Assembly (NCBI GenBank): GCA_947628005.1
Contig: CANQYI010000002.1
Span: 152,833-184,832, forward strand
Origin: an uncultured Clostridia bacterium
GTDB lineage: Bacteria; Bacillota; Clostridia; TANB77; CAG-465
Reading direction: 5' to 3'
DNA: 32,000 nt
Of the stretch, positions 1 to 8,230 are shown piece after piece (positions within the stretch are counted from its first letter, which is position 1; the number at the start of each line of letters is the position of its first letter). A program made the position numbers and the translations under genes. The notes beneath the pieces are model-generated. The model was not told where the DNA came from. It made no database searches and saw only the letters and a list, made by a program, of their open reading frames with translations.

Positions 1-403
1 TTAAAAATGGTATTGTTATACCAGAAATTCTTATTCCAAACACATATAATGATATACCTGCTGCCATTTCAAATATGAATTTATATCTTGCTCTAAGTGA
101 AAATGCATCATCAATAAATCCCATTGTTGCTATTATTAAAGCACCTATTGCATAGCCTAAAAATACTTTGTTTAAAGCAATTTGTTCAATATTTCTAGTA
201 AAGAAATAATAAACACTAAGACCAACAACCATTGCAACAACTATAGCAAGTCCACCAATTCTAGGCATTGGTTTATTATGAACTCTTCTATTATCTTTTG
301 GTATATCAACAAATCCAAACTTTTTTGCCATTTTTATAACAAGTGGTGTTATTAATAAACATACTAAAAAAGATATACCTGTAATAATGTAAATAAAAGT
401 CAT
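1..403 (-). CDS. Glycosyltransferase family 4 (MraY/WecA/TagO-like polyprenyl-phosphate sugar-phosphate transferase), N-terminal part; the 3' end lies outside the window
   Basis: Minus-strand frame is open from ATG 403-401 to the window edge; it is absent from the ORF track because it is truncated. My translation is MTFIYIITGISFLVCLLITPLVIKMAKKFGFVDIPKDNRRVHNKPMPRIGGLAI...GFIDDAFSLRARYKFIFEMAAG. It shows the D-x-P-x-x-R-x-x-H-x-x-P-x-P-x-x-GG loop and the DD-x-x-x-L-x-x-x-x-K motif typical of this family. Confidence 0.6.
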   Translation of the reverse strand, partial: MTFIYIITGISFLVCLLITPLVIKMAKKFGFVDIPKDNRRVHNKPMPRIGGLAIVVAMVVGLSVYYFFTRNIEQIALNKVFLGYAIGALIIATMGFIDDAFSLRARYKFIFEMAAGISLYVFGIRISGITIPFL

Positions 404-405
404 TT

Positions 406-870
406 TTATTCACCTTCTAAATCATTTTTTTCTTCTAATGTTCTTATCTTCTGTAATCTTCTATCATGGCGTCCACCTTCATACTGAGTATTTAAGAAAG
501 CGTCTAATATTTTATATATTTTTTCTATATCTTTGCTATAAGCTGTTCTCGCACCCAAGCATATAATATTAGCATTATTATGCTTCCTTGCCATTTCGGC
601 AGTATATTCATCTACGCAAACAGCTGCTCTTATTCCCTTTAATTTATTGCACGCAATAGACATTCCAATTCCTGTCCCACAAATTCCTATTGCTAAGTTT
701 TCATTATTTTTTAAAACTTCTTTTGATAGACTTAGTGCTATATCTGGATAATCATCTTCTGCAGTATTAGCTTCACTAATATCTATAACTCTAATTTTTT
801 TATTATTTAAATAGCTAATTATTAATTCTTTTAAATTTATACCTGAATGATCTGAACCAATAAAAATCAT
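406..870 (-). CDS. rpiB: Ribose-5-phosphate isomerase B (RpiB/LacAB family)
   Basis: 154 aa. N-terminus is IGSDHSG and the active-site region is GICGTGIGMSIACNKLKGIRAA. It is tightly coupled to the upstream phosphatase gene, as in the Bacillus ywlE-ywlF pair. Confidence 0.9.
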   Translation of the reverse strand: MIFIGSDHSGINLKELIISYLNNKKIRVIDISEANTAEDDYPDIALSLSKEVLKNNENLAIGICGTGIGMSIACNKLKGIRAAVCVDEYTAEMARKHNNANIICLGARTAYSKDIEKIYKILDAFLNTQYEGGRHDRRLQKIRTLEEKNDLEGE

Positions 871-872
871 AT

Positions 873-1337
873 TTATTCTCCTAAAAATTTATTTATTAAT
901 TTATCAACATTTTCAACTATTTCTTCTGCACATTTTTCATATGTTTTAATATCATATCCCCATGGATCACTTATATTAATATCTGAACTATCTGCTCCAT
1001 TATACTCTTTTAATGTATATACTTTACTTGATAATTTTGGATACAAATATTTTACTAATTGCTTATGTTTCTCTGTCATACATATTATCAAATCACATTC
1101 AGCAATATTTGAATATTCTATTGGTGTGGCTCTATGATTTTTTAAATCTACCCCATATTTTTTCATTACTTCAATAGCATTATTAGTTGAAACATCTTGA
1201 CTATAAGCACTAGTTCCACATGAAGTTACAAGACATTCATTTTGCAAATTTTTATCATACAACCTTTTTTGCATATAATGATGAGCCATTGCACTTCTAC
1301 ATATATTTCCTGTACAAATGAAAATTATTTTTTTCAT
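873..1337 (-). CDS. Low-molecular-weight protein tyrosine/arginine phosphatase (YwlE-like)
   Basis: 154 aa with the C-x5-R-S P-loop at the N-terminus (FICTGNICRSAMA) and a downstream DP general-acid motif (ISDPWGY). Confidence 0.85.
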   Translation of the reverse strand: MKKIIFICTGNICRSAMAHHYMQKRLYDKNLQNECLVTSCGTSAYSQDVSTNNAIEVMKKYGVDLKNHRATPIEYSNIAECDLIICMTEKHKQLVKYLYPKLSSKVYTLKEYNGADSSDINISDPWGYDIKTYEKCAEEIVENVDKLINKFLGE

Positions 1338-1387
1338 AAATTACCTCGTAAATTCCTTTTTTATATTACCATATTAAGCTAAGAAAG

Positions 1388-2119
1388 TCAATTAAACAGA
1401 ATTATTAAACTTAAAATAATCCCAATTATGTAAAAAATAGAAATAAATCGACTTACAAGTAATTTTTTCGAACTAGGTATAAGATCACAAGCAACAACAT
1501 ATAACATTGCTCCTGCTGCTATACTTAAACATATTGCTATATTATTATTTGATATATCTCCTATCAACCTACCAAGTATTGCCCCAATTCCAAAAAATGA
1601 ACCTACTAAACTACTATTTATTACTATACTTTTTATATTAAATTTATCTATTTTATTAGTAATTCCAACTATCATACCTTCTGGTATATCATGCAATATC
1701 ATTGAAATCATAACATTTATAGCCAAAGCATACGAATATGAAAAACTACATCCAATAGCTATTCCCTCTATCATATTATGTATAGCCATAGATAACATTA
1801 TTATTATTGATGTCAATTTACCAATTTCTTTATTACTCAAATTATAAACTAATAAATCTATAATTAAAATTATTATTGTTCCTATGACTACTCCACATAT
1901 AACCAGCCATGTATTTGACATTCTGATACTTTCAGGTATCATATCAAAACACACTATTCCTGTCATTATTCCAGAAGTTACATCCATTATCATAGAAACA
2001 TTTCTATCTTTATTTACTCTTACTATGCCACCAAGTATTCCTCCTATTCCGCTTCCAATAATTCCTATAAGAGTCATTATTATAAAGAAAGTTAAATTAT
2101 GTATCATATTATCACCCAT
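1388..2119 (-). CDS. ZIP-family divalent metal (zinc) transporter
   Basis: Polytopic membrane protein with the ZIP signature helices HNMIEGIAIG and LHDIPEGMIVG. Confidence 0.8.
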   Translation of the reverse strand: MGDNMIHNLTFFIIMTLIGIIGSGIGGILGGIVRVNKDRNVSMIMDVTSGIMTGIVCFDMIPESIRMSNTWLVICGVVIGTIIILIIDLLVYNLSNKEIGKLTSIIIMLSMAIHNMIEGIAIGCSFSYSYALAINVMISMILHDIPEGMIVGITNKIDKFNIKSIVINSSLVGSFFGIGAILGRLIGDISNNNIAICLSIAAGAMLYVVACDLIPSSKKLLVSRFISIFYIIGIILSLIILFN

Positions 2120-2200
2120 TTAATAAAATATATTCAATACTCATAAATTTTTGCACAAATTTTCTATTTATGTTATAATGTTAAAAATTGGAGGTATAAT

Positions 2201-2740
2201 ATGGAAATTTTTGTAAAAAGATATAGTAAGAACTCTATTGTTATTTCTTTAATGCTTATAATTTTATCTTTATTTTTGATAATAAAACCAGATGATTCTT
2301 TAATTTTTGTAGTTAAACTATTTGGCTGCATTTTGATGATAAATGGTATTATACATTTTATAACTTATTTTATAAGCAGTAGAAAATTAGATAGTTTTAG
2401 TTTTGATTTAATTCAAGGTGTAGTTAGCTTTATTGCAGGAATAGTCTTATTTGTAAATCCCGTACTTGTAAATAGCATTTTACCTTTTATAATAGGTGCT
2501 TGGATTATAATTGAAAGTATAATAAAATTTCAAATTTCATTTAATATAAGAACTATAACAGAAAATTGGAAAACTACTTTAATTTTATCAATAATTCTTT
2601 TTGCTATTGGTATATTAATTATTTTTAATCCTTTCAAAGCCGCTGTATCAGTAGCTAGACTTTGTGGAATTGTTCTACTTATATCAGAAATTATTTCTTT
2701 TATAAATTCTATTATCTTTATTTCTAAATTAAGTAAATAG
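2201..2740 (+). CDS. Small polytopic membrane protein, HdeD/DUF308-like
   Basis: 179 aa with about six hydrophobic helices and repeated G-I-x-x-I-x-x-G patterning. GGAGG SD lies 5 nt upstream of the ATG. TTGCAC-17-TgtTATAAT promoter-like motif at about 2145-2179. Confidence 0.55.
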   Translation: MEIFVKRYSKNSIVISLMLIILSLFLIIKPDDSLIFVVKLFGCILMINGIIHFITYFISSRKLDSFSFDLIQGVVSFIAGIVLFVNPVLVNSILPFIIGAWIIIESIIKFQISFNIRTITENWKTTLILSIILFAIGILIIFNPFKAAVSVARLCGIVLLISEIISFINSIIFISKLSK

Positions 2741-2753
2741 AGAGGAGATTAAT

Positions 2754-3836
2754 ATGTTTTCTAAATTATATATACACAAAGATAATTTACAAAATAATTT
2801 AAACTATGTAAGAAGTTTATTATCAAAATCCACAAAAATTATTGCTATGGTAAAAGCTAATGCATATGGATGTGGTATGGTAGAAGTTACTAAAATATTG
2901 GAAAACATGGGAGTTTCAGATTTTGGAGTAGCCTATGTTGAAGAAGGTGTTACTTTAAGAAAGGCTTCAATAAATTCTAATATAATTGTTACTTCTCAAT
3001 TTTTAGAAAGCGATATAAACGATATTATTAAATACGATTTATCTGTTTGTGTTTCTGATTTACAATTACTAAAATTACTTAATCAAAAAGCCTTTGAGCA
3101 AAACAAGTATATAAGAATACATATAAAAGTAGATACTGGTATGTCAAGATTAGGATTTGATAAAACCAATATCTTTGAAAGCATATCAATAATGAAAAAT
3201 GATTTTAAAAATGTAATTATAGATGGTATTTTTACACATTTATCATCTGCTGATTCAGACGATAAATATACTTTAAAACAATTAGAGCTTTTTGATGATA
3301 TTGTAAATAAATTAAAAAGTTTAAATTATAATTTCAAATATATTCATGCATTAAATAGCTATGGAATATTAAAGTATTCTAAATATCAATATACTCACGT
3401 TAGACCTGGAATTATTTTATATGGATACATTCCAAATATTAAAGAAATAAAAGGGGTGCTTTCTTTAGAGTCTCCTATCATTAGAATAAATAATATATCA
3501 GAAGAATCTAAAATTAGCTACAACGGTACATATATAGCTAAGCCAAATGATAAACTTGCAACTATTAAAATTGGTTATGCTGATGGGCTTCCTAGAGCTT
3601 GTTCCAACAAATATTCTGTGAAAGTAAATAATACTCCTTGTAAAATAGTAGGAAATATATGTATGGACATGTGTATGATTGATATTACAAATATTAAACA
3701 AGATTTAAAATTAGGAGATTTTGTTACGATATTTAATAATAAGGATGATATTGAACAAATCTCTCAACTTTCAAATACCATTAGCTATGAAATAATTAGT
3801 AAATTAGGCAATAGACTTGATAGAATATATATATAA
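2754..3836 (+). CDS. alr: Alanine racemase
   Basis: 360 aa. PLP-lysine motif AMVKANAYGCG, plus THLSSAD and the C-terminal GYADG and ICMDMCMID motifs characteristic of Alr. Confidence 0.9.
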   Translation: MFSKLYIHKDNLQNNLNYVRSLLSKSTKIIAMVKANAYGCGMVEVTKILENMGVSDFGVAYVEEGVTLRKASINSNIIVTSQFLESDINDIIKYDLSVCVSDLQLLKLLNQKAFEQNKYIRIHIKVDTGMSRLGFDKTNIFESISIMKNDFKNVIIDGIFTHLSSADSDDKYTLKQLELFDDIVNKLKSLNYNFKYIHALNSYGILKYSKYQYTHVRPGIILYGYIPNIKEIKGVLSLESPIIRINNISEESKISYNGTYIAKPNDKLATIKIGYADGLPRACSNKYSVKVNNTPCKIVGNICMDMCMIDITNIKQDLKLGDFVTIFNNKDDIEQISQLSNTISYEIISKLGNRLDRIYI

Positions 3837-3841
3837 TTTTT

Positions 3842-3885
3842 ACCTCAAACTGTTAAAATATAGACGGCTTGAGGTTTTCTTTTAT
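3842..3885 (+). terminator. Putative rho-independent terminator after alr
   Basis: ACCTCAA (3842-3848) pairs with TTGAGGT (3869-3875), followed by TTTCTTTTATT. The loop is large, so the call is only moderate. Confidence 0.4.
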
Positions 3886-3949
3886 TCACACTTTTCACAT
3901 GATATCATAATTTATAATATAGTAATTTTTACTATAAGGAGGATTTTTT

Positions 3950-5239
3950 ATGAATAAAAATTCATGTGACTATATTAATCAAATCTCTTGCTGCAATCCT
4001 TGCTTACAACCTCCTCAACCAGTAATTTGCATAACCGGACCTACTGGTCCACAAGGACTACAAGGTGTCCCAGGGCTCCAAGGAGTTCCTGGTATTCAAG
4101 GACCCCAAGGATTAACAGGTGCTACTGGTGCTACTGGCCCTACAGGTGCTACTGGACCTGCTCCAATTATTAATATTGGCTTAGTTACAACTAGTGAACC
4201 AGAAAGCCAAGCCGTTGCATCTATAGAAGGCTCTTCACCAAATTACACATTAAATCTATCAATTCCTAAAGGTGAAAAAGGAGATACTGGTGCAATGGGA
4301 CTTGCCGAAGTCATATCAATTGGCGACGTCAGTACAACTGACTTAGATGATGAAGTAAAAATAGTTGACAACAAATTTGGTTTAGAACATGTTTTAAACT
4401 TTGTAATTCCAAAGGGTAAAGATGGTGAAGATGGAAAAGAAGGACCTCAAGGACCAAAAGGCGATACAGGACCCATAGGACCTACTGGACCTGCGGGAAC
4501 AAGTGTAACAATACTTGGCTCTTATGATGATACTAATCAGTTAAATAATGAACATCCTGATGGAAAACCGGGAGACTCTTATTTAGTAGGTGATGACCTA
4601 TATGTATGGTCTAGCGATACTTCTTCTTGGGAAAATGTAGGTAGAATAAGAGGTCCTGAAGGTAAACAAGGAATACAGGGTATACCTGGTCCTCAAGGTC
4701 CTAAAGGAGAAACAGGAGAAATAGGTCCTAGAGGTGCTACTGGGCCAACAGAAATTGCTTGTGGTTACTTTATAACTTATAATAATAATCTACCAGAAAA
4801 TGGTTATGAAGTTGCATCTGGACAAAGACTTCCAATTGGTAGAAAAGAGGCTGATAATGCAGGAATATATGTATTAAATGATACCTCAAATACTATTAGC
4901 TTTGATAAAGAAGGCGTATACAAAGTGGATTTTATAGTTAGTGCATATTTAAATGATCCAAGCGCATTTAATAAAACTCAGAGCAATATGGCTTTTGGTC
5001 TTAAAAAAGTTGGAGAAAATATTGTATATGCTGGTTCTAGTAACTTTGTATATAACAACACAGCTATTCAATCTATAGGACAAGGATTAATAGTAATTTC
5101 TAGTTCAAACGAACAAGTTGAACTAGTAAACTTATCAAAAAGAAGTATCTATTTAGAATCTCCTAGTATAGATTACAATATTTCTGATTCATATATAGTT
5201 AACCCTGTTGTAACTATAATATTTCAATATTTAGGATAA
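3950..5239 (+). CDS. Collagen-like (G-X-Y) repeat protein with a C-terminal BclA/C1q-like globular domain (collagen gene A)
   Basis: 429 aa. Cys-rich N-terminus (SCDYINQISCCNPCLQPP). Three G-X-Y blocks (GPTGPQGLQGVPG..., [60 protein letters not shown]) are interrupted by globular modules. About 165 aa of beta-rich C-terminal domain. AGGAGG SD. Confidence 0.85.
   Translation: MNKNSCDYINQISCCNPCLQPPQPVICITGPTGPQGLQGVPGLQGVPGIQGPQGLTGATGATGPTGATGPAPIINIGLVTTSEPESQAVASIEGSSPNYTLNLSIPKGEKGDTGAMGLAEVISIGDVSTTDLDDEVKIVDNKFGLEHVLNFVIPKGKDGEDGKEGPQGPKGDTGPIGPTGPAGTSVTILGSYDDTNQLNNEHPDGKPGDSYLVGDDLYVWSSDTSSWENVGRIRGPEGKQGIQGIPGPQGPKGETGEIGPRGATGPTEIACGYFITYNNNLPENGYEVASGQRLPIGRKEADNAGIYVLNDTSNTISFDKEGVYKVDFIVSAYLNDPSAFNKTQSNMAFGLKKVGENIVYAGSSNFVYNNTAIQSIGQGLIVISSSNEQVELVNLSKRSIYLESPSIDYNISDSYIVNPVVTIIFQYLG
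4312..4693 (+). repeat. Arm 1 of a long inverted repeat shared by collagen genes A and C
   Basis: Its reverse complement matches 6557-6945. This includes an identical 54-nt run, gatggaaaagaaggacctcaaggaccaaaaggcgatacaggacccataggacct (4430-4483 vs the complement of 6775-6828). Confidence 0.8.
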
Positions 5240-5368
5240 CTCTAACACAACGTTTTATTTTTAAAGCGTTGTGTTATTTATAGTAAAAACAATCACATAT
5301 TACTTTTAAAAACATACATTATTAATAGGTAATATTGATAATATTGCCTACGAAAGGGGAAATTTTTA

Positions 5369-6028
5369 ATGAATAATAATTATTATCAACCTGGTTTTAA
5401 CTCTTGTAGACCACCTTGTCCACCACCTGTTCCACCTACTACTGTTTGTGTAACAGGAGCAACTGGACCTATGGGTCCTACTGGGCCTCAAGGTGTAATG
5501 GGATTACAAGGTGTTCCAGGACCAATTGGACCTACTGGACCTCAAGGTGTTCAAGGAATTCAAGGTGTTCCAGGTGCTACTGGTGCTCAAGGTGCCCAAG
5601 GTCCTCAAGGTGTTGTTGGACCTGCTGGTCCTACAGGCCCTACAGGTGCAACTGGTGCTACAGGAGCCACTGGAGCAACAGGTGCAACTGGTGCAACTGG
5701 TGCAACTGGCGCTACTGGGGCTGCAGGTGCTCAAGGTGCTACTGGAGCCACTCCTGTACTTTCTATAGGAAATGTTACAACTGGTGCTGCAGGTAGTGAT
5801 GCTTCTGCTACTATTTCAGGAACTGCTCCTAACTTTACTTTAGATTTAACAATCCCTCAAGGGTTACAAGGAGAAACAGGTGCAGATGGTCTTACTCCTG
5901 TGCTAACAGTTGGACCAGTTACTACTTTAGAACCTGATCAACCAGCCACTGCAACTATTACTGGTACTGCTCCTAATTTTGTACTAAATTTATCAATACC
6001 TCGTGGAGCTACTGGTGCAAATGCATAA
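5369..6028 (+). CDS. Collagen-like (G-X-Y) repeat protein lacking a BclA-type C-terminal domain (collagen gene B)
   Basis: 219 aa. Pro/Cys-rich N-terminus ([16 protein letters not shown]). About 33 uninterrupted G-X-Y triplets including (GAT)8. Two ~45-aa modules ending APNF(T/V)L(D/N)L(T/S)IP. GGGGA SD. Confidence 0.85.
   Translation: MNNNYYQPGFNSCRPPCPPPVPPTTVCVTGATGPMGPTGPQGVMGLQGVPGPIGPTGPQGVQGIQGVPGATGAQGAQGPQGVVGPAGPTGPTGATGATGATGATGATGATGATGATGAAGAQGATGATPVLSIGNVTTGAAGSDASATISGTAPNFTLDLTIPQGLQGETGADGLTPVLTVGPVTTLEPDQPATATITGTAPNFVLNLSIPRGATGANA
5645..5752 (+). repeat. 9-bp tandem repeat (GGTGCAACT family) encoding (Gly-Ala-Thr)n
   Basis: Eight consecutive GAT triplets, then [12 protein letters not shown]. 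Three adjacent units are identical at the DNA level (ggtgcaactggtgcaactggtgcaact). Confidence 0.85.
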
Positions 6029-6068
6029 AAAATATAGAGATATGTAAAATCATATCTCTATATTTTTT
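6027..6068. terminator. Bidirectional rho-independent terminator between convergent collagen genes B and C
   Basis: AAAAAATATAGAGATATG - TAAAAT - CATATCTCTATATTTTTT. The stem is perfect, with A/T tracts on both sides. Confidence 0.75.
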
Positions 6069-7215
6069 ACTTTAATCTTTGAATTACCATTGTAACAACA
6101 GTATTTAAGAATAATGATACATCATCATCTAATTTTGGACTATCTAAATAAATAGGTGTTTTTCCTAAATTTACTAGTTCAAATGTATCATTTTCAAGTA
6201 CAGTTGAAAAGATTCCTTGACATACTAATTGAGTTGGAATTTGATTATAATCCCACATAGTTCCACCGGCATAAACTGTATCTTCTCCTACTTTCTTAAA
6301 TCCAACAACAACTATATCTCTATCTTTGACAATAACAGTATCATTTATCGCACTTGCTTGAACTGTAAAACTAACTCTATAAGTTCCAGGGTTTACTATT
6401 GTAATAGTGTTATCATTTTCATTAAAAATAAAATTATTTTCTGTATCTGATATTTTCAAATCAAGAGGTATTCTGTTTTTAGCATAAACCCTTATACCAG
6501 TTGCTCCCAGTGAATCATCATAAAATGTTACAAAAAAAGCTGCTGGTATATCTAATGGTCCCGGTATACCTTGTATTCCCTGTATTCCTTGTTTACCCTC
6601 AGGTCCTCTTATTTTACCAACATCTTTCCAAGAAGAAGTATCGTTAGACCATACATATAAGTCATCGCCAACTAAATAAGAATCGCCTGGATTTCCTTCA
6701 GAATGCTCATTATTTAACTGATCAGTGTCATCATAGGAACCAAGTATTGTTACACTTGTTCCCGCTGGTCCAGCAGGTCCTATGGGTCCTGTATCGCCTT
6801 TTGGTCCTTGAGGTCCTTCTTTTCCATCTACACCATCTTTACCTTTAGGCAAAACAAAATCTAATATATGTTTAGAACCTAATTTGTTATCAATTACCTT
6901 TGCCTCATCGTCTGGATCAGTTAGATTAACATTACCTATAACTATCTCTTCAGATGAACCTGTTGGTCCAATTGCTCCTGCTGGACCAGTTGCACCTGTA
7001 GCTCCTGTAGCTCCTGTAGGCCCTGTGGCACCAGTTGCCCCTGTTAGTCCTTGAGGGCCTTGAATACCCGGAACTCCTTGGAGTCCTGGGACACCTTGTA
7101 CTCCTTGTGGTCCAGTAGGTCCGGTAGGTCCTTGTACAAATTGTAAGCTTGGTGAAATAGTAGGATATTTACAGCAATTATTGCATATAAATTTATTTCT
7201 ATTTGACATAGCCAT
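6067..7215 (-). CDS. Collagen-like (G-X-Y) repeat protein with a C-terminal BclA/C1q-like domain; paralogue of gene A (collagen gene C)
   Basis: 382 aa. Cys-rich N-terminus (FICNNCCKYP). The G-X-Y blocks and central globular module are near-identical to gene A. The C-terminal domain is homologous but diverged. AGGAGG SD. Confidence 0.85.
   Translation of the reverse strand: MAMSNRNKFICNNCCKYPTISPSLQFVQGPTGPTGPQGVQGVPGLQGVPGIQGPQGLTGATGATGPTGATGATGATGPAGAIGPTGSSEEIVIGNVNLTDPDDEAKVIDNKLGSKHILDFVLPKGKDGVDGKEGPQGPKGDTGPIGPAGPAGTSVTILGSYDDTDQLNNEHSEGNPGDSYLVGDDLYVWSNDTSSWKDVGKIRGPEGKQGIQGIQGIPGPLDIPAAFFVTFYDDSLGATGIRVYAKNRIPLDLKISDTENNFIFNENDNTITIVNPGTYRVSFTVQASAINDTVIVKDRDIVVVGFKKVGEDTVYAGGTMWDYNQIPTQLVCQGIFSTVLENDTFELVNLGKTPIYLDSPKLDDDVSLFLNTVVTMVIQRLK
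6557..6945 (-). repeat. Arm 2 of the long inverted repeat shared by collagen genes A and C
   Basis: See arm 1. The arms encode ...IGxVxxTDxDDExKxxDNKxG...PKGKDGxDGKEGPQGPKGDTGPIGPxGPAGTSVTILGSYDDTxQLNNEH...GDSYLVGDDLYVWSxDTSSWxxVGxIRGPEGKQGIQGIPGP in both genes. Confidence 0.8.
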
Positions 7216-7306
7216 TTAATTCCTCCTTATAAAATTCCTACTATATAATATATATTTATCAAAGTATTTGTTACTTCTTTAATTTTAAATATAATTAATA
7301 ATTTCA

Positions 7307-7332
7307 TAAAAAAAGAGGGAATTTAATCCCTC
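7307..7332 (-). terminator. Rho-independent terminator after the HD-domain gene
   Basis: On the minus strand GAGGGA-ttaaat-TCCCTC is followed by TTTTTTT. It overlaps the stop codon of 7323..8093. Confidence 0.6.
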
Positions 7333-8093
7333 ATAATTTTATTATTTAAATACTCGTTTGCTTTTTTTCTTATTTCTTTAATCCTTTCTCTAGTTTGTTC
7401 ATCCTTAATATTATATCTATCTAAAATTTTATTTATATAATCATTTTTTTTCAATATTTCATACGTTGCTTTAAAATTTATATCAAATATAAACGCCAAA
7501 ACTGATACAACCTTATTTATATTTTCTATATTTACATTTTTTTCTCTTTTAACAAGATTTTCTAATTTAAATTTTTCATATACATCTTCTAATAATAAAG
7601 AGTTATTAACCTTTTCTTCTTCTCCTTTAAAAAACATGCAAACTGATTCGTACATTATATCAATTTTATCAGCATCCCTTATTATTTTTGCAAATAATAA
7701 TTCTTCATCTGATAAACCTTTTTCTATCTCAAATTTATTATGATTTTTAATAGCTTTCTTTATTATTTCATCATATTTATTATCTTGTATATATTTTCTT
7801 AAATCTTTTTCTAATATTTTTACTGCATAATCTCCATGATCAAAACTCTTTAAATCATAAAAAGTTTGAAACTTTTTATATTGTTCAAATCTTGCTATGT
7901 CATGTAATAATCCTATAAGGGTTGCTAAATCTATTTGTTCTTGTTTTAATCCAATTCTTGTAGCTATTTCTCTCGAAATTTTCATAACTCTTATTGAGTG
8001 ACCAATTTTTCTATCTATATTGCTATCATTAACATCATAATTAGCCGTATAATTTATAAAATTTTTTTTGGCAATCTCCAAATCTATAATCAT
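7323..8093 (-). CDS. HD-domain metal-dependent phosphohydrolase
   Basis: 256 aa with H...HD...D motifs (GHSIRVMKISREIA, LIGLLHDIARFE, IRDADKIDIM). Confidence 0.75.
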   Translation of the reverse strand: MIIDLEIAKKNFINYTANYDVNDSNIDRKIGHSIRVMKISREIATRIGLKQEQIDLATLIGLLHDIARFEQYKKFQTFYDLKSFDHGDYAVKILEKDLRKYIQDNKYDEIIKKAIKNHNKFEIEKGLSDEELLFAKIIRDADKIDIMYESVCMFFKGEEEKVNNSLLLEDVYEKFKLENLVKREKNVNIENINKVVSVLAFIFDINFKATYEILKKNDYINKILDRYNIKDEQTRERIKEIRKKANEYLNNKIMRD

Positions 8094-8230
8094 TTTATCA
8101 CCTAATATGTTTTACACATTATATAATCTTTTAAAAATATTGTCAAACACATAAAATGCTAATCCTATATTTACTATAACTTGACATTTTAAAAAATATA
8201 TAGTATATGTAAATAAAGGAGGGAATTTAT

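Noticed and set aside
3988-5796. Alternate-frame and antisense ORFs within the collagen genes (3988..4173, 5416..5796, 5504..5734, 5511..5768).
   Set aside because: They are frame-shifted readings of G-X-Y coding DNA and give Cys/Arg/Trp/Ser- or Leu-rich nonsense. The G-X-Y frame has the SD, sensible termini and paralogue support.
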